Assembly (NCBI RefSeq): GCF_963921235.1
Contig: NC_086108.1
Span: forward strand, 113,028,001 to 113,092,000
Source: Mobula hypostoma
Lineage: Eukaryota
Length of the DNA stretch: 64,000 nt
Direction of reading: 5' to 3'
The position numbers and the translations under genes were made by a program. Below the pieces are notes generated by a model. That model had not been told where the DNA came from. It worked only from the letters and a program-made list of their open reading frames with translations, and made no database searches. Positions 60,401 to 64,000 of this stretch are shown here, one piece after another (positions within the stretch are counted from its first letter, which is position 1; the number at the start of each line of letters is the position of its first letter).

Positions 60401-63400
60401 TCCTTTTGCACATCGGTTGTTCGTCTTTGCTTGCATGCAGTTTTTCATTGATGCTATTTTATTTCTTTGTTCTATCGTGGATGCCGACAAAAAATGAATC
60501 TCAGGGTTGTACATGGTGACATTGATGCTTCGATAATATACTTACTCTGAACTCTCTGTAGCTCACCACAACAGAACGAGCCTCTGTGCTGATGAACCAT
60601 GCCCCACAGTGTGGCACGGGCTCTGGAGACAGGCCGACGATCGCTCACCCGACTAGCTCCCAGAGTGAAAAGATTCTCCTCTCACAAGCAGCTAAAGAAC
60701 TACTACTACTACTGCTACTACGTCGACTCAGGCCTAGGGGGCCGGCATTGGGCATGATGACGGACTCTCCACCTCTCCCTCTCCTCATCATCAGCTGAAG
60801 AAGCTAGACCCGAATTCCATATGGTTTAAAAGAACAGGGGAGACCTTACTGAATCATCTCTGATCCTGAGTGGACATGAGAGACTAAATGGGCAGAAGGG
60901 CCTGCTTCTGTGCTGTGGTGCTCTGACTTTCTGTGGAGATGTTTCCACCAGTGGGAGAGTCTGGAACAAGCAGGCACAGATACAGGATTAGGGGTAGACG
61001 TTTAAAACTGAGGTGTGTAGAAACCTCTCACAGAAGGATAGGAACCAGAGGGTGTGGAGAATGGATCACGGGGTGGTGGGGGGTTAATATATTTATTTAG
61101 TGTTAAATAAACACGGAGTAGGCCCTTCCAGCCCTTTGAGCCAGTCTGCACTAACAACCCCACAACTCCTATTAACCCTGACCTAATCAGGGGTCAATTC
61201 ACAATGACTAATTATCTTACCTCATACGTCTTTGGACTGTGGGAGGAAACTGGAGCACCTGGGGAAAACCTATGCATTCCACAGGGAAGACGTACAGACA
61301 CACCTTACAGATCCGCGCCGACATTGAATGCCGAATTCGGAAATGCACTGAGAAGGAAGCGCTACCCCTGTGCAACTGTGGGGCCAAGAATGAGGAGGAA
61401 GACAGATCGTGAATCGAGGGTGATGGGGGTAATTCCACAGAAGGAGGGATGATGAAATACTGGAAGAATTCAGCATTTCAGGCAGCTTCTATTTCCAGCA
61501 TCTGCAGAATCTCTTGCGTTTGAGAGGCCGAGGACAGATCGGCCACGGTTACATTGCTGAAGGGCTGAATGCCTTATACCTTCTCCCCATAACTGATATT
61601 GTTGTGCCTTTGTCAAACGTTAACAATGTGTTCGTCACTGACTATAAACCTGAATCTGATCTGCACAACAAAACTTGGAGCTTTTGAGCAACATTCCAAA
61701 AGACAAAGGAGCAGAATAAGGTCATTCGTCTCATTAAGTCTGCTCTTCCATTCTATGATGGCTGATTTATCACCCCTTTCAACCCCATTCTCCTGCCTTC
61801 TTCCCGTAATCTGTGACCCCTGACTAATCAAGAACGTATCAGCCTTCGCTTCAAATATACCGAATGACTTGGCCTCACAGCCATCTGTGACAATGAATTC
61901 CACAGACTCACCACCCTCTGGCAAAATAAATTCCTCCTCATCTCTGTTCTAAAGGGACATCTTTGTATTCTAAGGCTGTGCTCTCTTGTCCTAGCCTCTC
62001 CCACTATAAGAAAATTAAGTATTATCCCATGCACGTCCACTCTATCTAGCCCTTTTAATATTCAATGAGATCCCCCCTCCATTCTTCTAAACTCTGGTGA
62101 GCCATCAAATGCTCCGCATACATTAACCCTTTCATTCTTGGAATTATTTTTGTGAACCTCCTCTGGACCATCCCCAATGCCAGCACTCTTTTTTTTAGAT
62201 AGAGGCCCAAAACTGTTCACAATACTCCAAGTGCAATCTGACCAGGTTTACCATATTATTTCACTGTTTGTTGCTGCAAAACAACAGATTTTATGACATC
62301 CTGAATGTCAGTGATAATAGATCTATTCTGATTCTGAAAGCTTTCCCAAGAGGGGGTTGGGATCTGGATCTCACTGCCTGAGGGGTGGTGAGGACAGAGA
62401 CCCTCACAACACTGAACCAGTATCTTGACGCTCACTTGAATCACCAGGGCCTAGAAGGGTCCAGACTGAGTGCGGGGGGGGGGGGGTGGGGTGGGATTGG
62501 TGTGGATCGGAACTTGGAGGTCATCATAGATATACGTGAAACCATCGCTGTCCTTTCATTTCATCCCCTCCTTCTCTCTCTCAGGGATTCTTGGACAAAA
62601 CAAGATACTTTCAATAACTTTCATCTACCACAATTGGTTACTCTCAGGGTGGAGGAGCCACACCTCATATTCCATCTGAGTAGCCTCTAGTCTGGCAGCA
62701 TGAACACCGATTTCTCCAACTTCTGGTATTTCTTTCACCTACCATTTCCCTCTTCTTCAATGCCCAACTCTGGTCTCTTGCTTCTTCTCCTCACCTGCCT
62801 ATCACCTGACCCTGGTGCCCCTCATCCTTCCCCTTCTCCCATGGTTCAATCGAATTCCTTCTTCTCCAGTCCTTTACTTTTCCCACCTATCATCTCCAAG
62901 CTTCTTACTTCAACCCCCTCCCCTACCCACCTGGCTTCACCTATCACCTCCCAGCTTCTTACTTCATCTCCCCTCCCCCATCCACCTGACTTCGCCTATC
63001 ACCTTCTCACTCATCATTCTTCCCCTCCACCCAACTTCTTCTTCTGGCATCTTCTCACTTCTTTTCCAGTCCTGATGAAGAGTCGTGGCCGGAAATGTTG
63101 ACTCTTCATTCCTTCCCATAGACGCTGCCTAACCTGCTGAGTTCCTCCAGCATTTTGTGCGTGTTGCTCTGGGTCTCCTGCAAGTGTAGAGTCTCTTGTG
63201 TTTATCTTTAATATGGAATCAGAGTTGTGGGCTCCAGTTCTCTGACTCTGAGGACACTCAATCCAAATACTGCTTCAGTGAGCTTCGAATTCCAAGGAAT
63301 GGATTCCCGAACTCCTCCTTGGTCATGTCACAAAGTAAATAATTACCTTTTTACCTGGAGGTCCTTGATCACCAGGCAATCCATCCAGACCTCGTGGTCC
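146..63400 (-). CDS. COL24A1: Fibrillar collagen (clade C, alpha-1(XXIV)-like), 17 internal exons of the major triple helix; gene continues beyond both window ends
   Basis: Spliced translation: [337 protein letters not shown]. The 45/54/108-bp phase-0 exons are typical of fibrillar collagens. Motifs QGKDGLK, [14 protein letters not shown], GEDSxxxGPP and EGYK match my recollection of human COL24A1. Collagen call is near certain; the orthology call is from memory. Confidence 0.85.
323..628. repeat. (TG)n microsatellite followed by GA-rich polypurine tract
   Basis: Direct inspection. Confidence 0.95.
765..935. repeat. About 31-32-bp minisatellite, about 5 copies
   Basis: Repeats of cctcccacagtgtgaccctccctcagtaccacc. 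Confidence 0.85.
1084..1137 (-). CDS. COL24A1: Collagen exon, 54 bp, [18 protein letters not shown]
   Basis: cag acceptor, gtagga donor, Gly-X-Y. Confidence 0.93.
1457..1950 (+). mobile_element. CR1-type LINE 3' fragment
   Basis: [16 protein letters not shown]...LEQRRMRGD (CR1 ORF2 C-terminus) plus 3' UTR. Confidence 0.85.
3295..5130. repeat. 35-bp minisatellite, about 52 copies
   Basis: Unit ttactgtcccgtacagttccacagtcttctcgtta; explains the 524- and 570-aa ORFs. Confidence 0.97.
5775..5828 (-). CDS. COL24A1: Collagen exon, 54 bp, [18 protein letters not shown]
   Basis: cag acceptor, gtaact donor; peptide visible in ORF 5685..5939(-). Confidence 0.95.
6088..6830 (+). mobile_element. Rex/Babar-like LINE 3' fragment (degenerate)
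   Basis: [12 protein letters not shown]...[19 protein letters not shown]...KKLQEVV motifs. Confidence 0.75.
9540..9759. mobile_element. Palindromic Penelope-derived element with intact hammerhead motif (9669-9706, +), inserted in an RTE-like fragment
   Basis: Inverted arms; flanking duplication agtttttgt(c/a)gagt at 9526-9539 and 9760-9773; TAGTC-CTGACGA-AGGGTCTCGGCCT-GAAA-CG-TC-GACTG. Confidence 0.8.
9845..10185 (-). mobile_element. Tc1/mariner transposase N-terminal remnant (second piece at about 9000-9182)
   Basis: [11 protein letters not shown]...LSISETA...[43 protein letters not shown] in ORF 9846..10496(-). Confidence 0.8.
10795..13423 (+). mobile_element. Rex1/Babar-like LINE, 5'-truncated ORF2 with internal deletion near 11510, interrupted by a Penelope fragment
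   Basis: [55 protein letters not shown]; tandem (aaagtat/aaagtac) tail. Confidence 0.9.
12249..12812 (+). mobile_element. Penelope-like element 3' end (GIY-YIG C-terminus plus terminal repeat with hammerhead motif at 12715-12752)
   Basis: [17 protein letters not shown]...[62 protein letters not shown]. Confidence 0.85.
13963..14019 (-). CDS. COL24A1: Collagen exon, 57 bp, [19 protein letters not shown] (contains helix imperfection)
   Basis: tag acceptor, gtaggt donor; 4-residue interruption SSAP. Confidence 0.93.
15067..15120 (-). CDS. COL24A1: Collagen exon, 54 bp, [18 protein letters not shown]
   Basis: cag acceptor, gtaagt donor, Gly-X-Y. Confidence 0.95.
15958..16312 (+). mobile_element. 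Non-coding RTE-related retroposon; related copy on minus at about 37785-38400, interrupted by CR1
   Basis: Bov-B/RTE-like 3' motif ggagaaggcaatggcaaaccact; shared sequence with 37785-37900 and 38218-38400. Confidence 0.6.
16800..17060 (-). mobile_element. RTE-like LINE 3' end with (TAG)n tail; second short copy at about 60698-60790
   Basis: [31 protein letters not shown] in ORF 16854..17072(-); shared ctactacgtc(g/a)actcaggcctaggggg. Confidence 0.6.
17680..18190. repeat. TC-rich degenerate minisatellite
   Basis: Recurring actctctcccagaaccc core. Confidence 0.9.
18526..18579 (-). CDS. COL24A1: Collagen exon, 54 bp, [18 protein letters not shown]
   Basis: tag acceptor, gtgagc donor, Gly-X-Y. 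Confidence 0.95.
18703..19001 (-). mobile_element. tRNA-derived SINE
   Basis: Minus strand begins TGGCGAGTGGCCAAGTGG (A box) and has AGTTCAAGCC (B-box-like). Confidence 0.7.
20253..24410 (+). mobile_element. Decayed full-length Ty3/Gypsy LTR retrotransposon
   Basis: LTRs 20253-20437 and 24198-24410 (TG..CA at the 3' copy); PBS-like ttgatgagcccgatg; polypurine tract about 24180-24197; gag [25 protein letters not shown] and FLDDILVAS, RNase [11 protein letters not shown] and FLLEGRHF, integrase SDRSPQF and AYHPQSNG; many stops and frameshifts. Confidence 0.92.
24997..25628 (+). mobile_element. Non-coding LINE-derived retroposon with CpG-rich 5' end and (cataat)-type tail
   Basis: Interrupts a SINE tail; AAGATGGCGGC at 25012-25022; tandem tail at about 25611-25628. 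Confidence 0.55.
26510..27075 (-). mobile_element. CR1 LINE 3' fragment
   Basis: [14 protein letters not shown]...[16 protein letters not shown] in ORF 26642..26926(-). Confidence 0.85.
27159..27266 (-). CDS. COL24A1: Collagen exon, 108 bp, [36 protein letters not shown]
   Basis: cag acceptor, gtgagt donor, Gly-X-Y. Confidence 0.95.
27845..27898 (-). CDS. COL24A1: Collagen exon, 54 bp, [18 protein letters not shown]
   Basis: cag acceptor, gtgctc donor, Gly-X-Y. Confidence 0.92.
28219..28899 (+). mobile_element. Young CR1 LINE 3' end inserted in a SINE
   Basis: Near-intact KANGMLAFI...HLEYCVQF...[12 protein letters not shown]...[14 protein letters not shown]; (ctattgt)n tail. Confidence 0.92.
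30945..31222. mobile_element. Palindromic Penelope-derived element with hammerhead motifs on both strands
   Basis: About 115-bp inverted arms (30946-31060 / 31071-31185); TSD aatttgtggg at 30935-30944 and 31223-31232; motifs 31007-31044(-) and 31087-31124(+). Confidence 0.85.
31807..31914 (-). CDS. COL24A1: Collagen exon, 108 bp, [36 protein letters not shown]
   Basis: cag acceptor, gtaagt donor, Gly-X-Y. Confidence 0.95.
35753..36330 (+). mobile_element. Young non-autonomous non-LTR retroposon (578 bp) with 5' HDV-like ribozyme
   Basis: Exact TSD atccactctt (35743-35752 / 36331-36340), (CAA)n tail, 3' hairpin 36260-36285, CpG retained. Confidence 0.85.
35768..35953 (+). ncRNA. Candidate HDV-like self-cleaving ribozyme
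   Basis: P1 GGGGTGT/ACACCCC, P2 11 bp, P3 GGC/GCC, L3 starting UCCCCG, P1.1 GG, J1.1/4 GCAA, P4 CGGCTT/AAGCCG, J4/2 GCUAA; assigned by eye, not computed. Confidence 0.75.
38555..38608 (-). CDS. COL24A1: Collagen exon, 54 bp, [18 protein letters not shown]
   Basis: tag acceptor, gtagag donor, Gly-X-Y. Confidence 0.95.
39315..41570. repeat. 28-bp C-rich minisatellite, about 80 copies, inside a LINE 3' UTR
   Basis: Unit gaccactaacccacccctccacaccccc. Confidence 0.97.
42365..42567. repeat. 37-bp minisatellite, about 5.5 copies, inside a CR1 fragment
   Basis: Unit ggagactggaactgtgcacagtatcccagtgtgatat. Confidence 0.92.
43255..43308 (-). CDS. COL24A1: Collagen exon, 54 bp, [18 protein letters not shown]
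   Basis: cag acceptor, gtgagt donor, Gly-X-Y. Confidence 0.95.
44870..45245. repeat. 62/63-bp tandem repeat with 125-bp higher-order dimer
   Basis: ggccagtg at 44932, 44995, 45057, 45120, 45182; alternate units are nearly identical. Confidence 0.85.
47126..50185 (+). mobile_element. L1-clade LINE, 5'-truncated ORF2 plus 3' UTR, pseudogenised
   Basis: [55 protein letters not shown]-terminal CDR...LTHMFWSCP; aataaa then (gaaa)n tail; AT-rich. Confidence 0.93.
50437..50890. repeat. 70-bp tandem repeat, about 6 copies, derived from a Rex-like LINE 3' end
   Basis: tcaccaggtt recurs at 50571, 50641, 50711, 50781, 50851; encodes [26 protein letters not shown]. Confidence 0.93.
51478..51531 (-). 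CDS. COL24A1: Collagen exon, 54 bp, [18 protein letters not shown]
   Basis: cag acceptor, gtagga donor, Gly-X-Y. Confidence 0.95.
52135..52577 (+). mobile_element. Putative solo LTR
   Basis: TGTTT...AAACA termini, TATAAAA 52402-52408, AATAAA 52506-52511, AT-rich block in a different context; TSD not clear. Confidence 0.5.
52665..52962. repeat. Expanded (agaacat)n 7-bp repeat, the tail of a minus-strand CR1 (about 52665-53290)
   Basis: Direct inspection; contiguous with CR1 3' UTR. Confidence 0.85.
53497..53550 (-). CDS. COL24A1: Collagen exon, 54 bp, [18 protein letters not shown]
   Basis: cag acceptor, gtaaag donor, Gly-X-Y. Confidence 0.95.
53655..54340 (-). mobile_element. Penelope-like element 3' end (degenerate hammerhead at about 53752-53788)
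   Basis: Reverse complement encodes [16 protein letters not shown]; homologous to 12249-12812. Confidence 0.8.
56032..56085 (-). CDS. COL24A1: Collagen exon, 54 bp, [18 protein letters not shown]
   Basis: cag acceptor, gttgag donor, Gly-X-Y. Confidence 0.92.
56960..57490. repeat. Compound (TG)n/(GA)n microsatellite
   Basis: Direct inspection. Confidence 0.97.
59696..59740 (-). CDS. COL24A1: Collagen exon, 45 bp, [15 protein letters not shown]
   Basis: cag acceptor, gtaagt donor; 115-bp intron from previous exon. Confidence 0.95.
59856..59900 (-). CDS. COL24A1: Collagen exon, 45 bp, [15 protein letters not shown]
   Basis: cag acceptor, gtaagt donor, Gly-X-Y. Confidence 0.95.
61700..62245 (-). 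mobile_element. CR1 LINE 3' fragment
   Basis: RTREHSLRI...[18 protein letters not shown] in ORF 61828..62040(-). Confidence 0.8.
62638..63205 (+). mobile_element. Penelope-like element 3' end with hammerhead motif 63067-63104
   Basis: [15 protein letters not shown]...[46 protein letters not shown]. Confidence 0.8.
63347..63400 (-). CDS. COL24A1: Collagen exon, 54 bp, [18 protein letters not shown]
   Basis: cag acceptor (ctg 63401-63403), gtaatt donor, perfect Gly-X-Y. Confidence 0.95.
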
Positions 63401-64000
63401 CTGTAAAGTCAAAGGATACCATGTGAATTGTTGCATGCCACACCCCATGGCTTCTGAACATCATGCCCTCCACACTGCCTCCTATGTCCAAAGTAGGATT
63501 TGGATTTGTCAGTGTCCTGAACCATTAACCCTGGCACCTCACCGTGTGGAAGTTCCAGCAAGACAAGGGTTAAGATGATATTCTGATGGAGACAGTGAGT
63601 AGTGTTGGAGTCGACTGTTTCACTCTTAGATTAGACAGTTTAATTGTCATTTTCTTTCCAGTCTGTGGATGTGTGGCGGAGAGTATATTGACTGGTTGCA
63701 ACACAGCCTGGTATAGAAACACCAATGCCCTTAAAAGGAAAATCCTACAAAAACTAGTGGATATGGGCCAGACCATCACAGGTGAAGTCCTCCCCTCCAT
63801 TGAGCACCTCCTCACAGAGCACTGTCACAGGAAAGCACCATTCATCATCAGGGACCTCACCATCCAGGCCATGCTCTCTTCTCGCTGCTGCCACAGGAAA
63901 GAGGTACTGGAGCCTTAGGAACCCACACCACCAGGTTCAGGAGCAGTTATTATCCCTCATCAGGCCCTTGAACCAGAGAGAACAACTTTACTCAACTTCA

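Noticed and set aside
63353..63354. Alternative internal donor CAG/GTAAAA in the first exon
   Set aside because: Would give a 46-bp exon and a frameshift; the 54-bp exon fits the collagen pattern
146..63400. COL27A1, COL5 or COL11 assignment
   Set aside because: The non-Gly 4-residue imperfection after GED and the EGYK and GEPGIPGY motifs fit COL24A1 better as I recall the human sequences; needs BLAST confirmation

Overview
Vertebrate genomic DNA, probably a cartilaginous fish (inferred from the repeat content, not proven). The whole window lies inside one minus-strand fibrillar collagen gene. I traced 17 phase-0 GT-AG exons (12 x 54 bp, 2 x 45, 2 x 108, 1 x 57; 1011 bp, 337 aa) that splice into an open Gly-X-Y helix with one imperfection ([10 protein letters not shown]). 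That imperfection and the neighbouring motifs point to COL24A1 rather than COL27A1. The introns (about 98% of the window) are filled with CR1, Rex/Babar-like, RTE-like, L1 and Penelope fragments, tRNA-SINEs, a decayed full-length Gypsy LTR element, a Tc1 remnant and several large minisatellites. The most interesting signals are RNA structures. First, a nearly canonical HDV-like ribozyme fold with an unusual hairpin inserted in L3 sits at the 5' end of a young non-coding retroposon (35753-36330). Second, minimal hammerhead ribozyme motifs recur in Penelope-derived ends, including short TSD-flanked palindromic elements with a hammerhead on each strand. Nearly all long ORFs in the supplied track are repeat artefacts or TE remnants.
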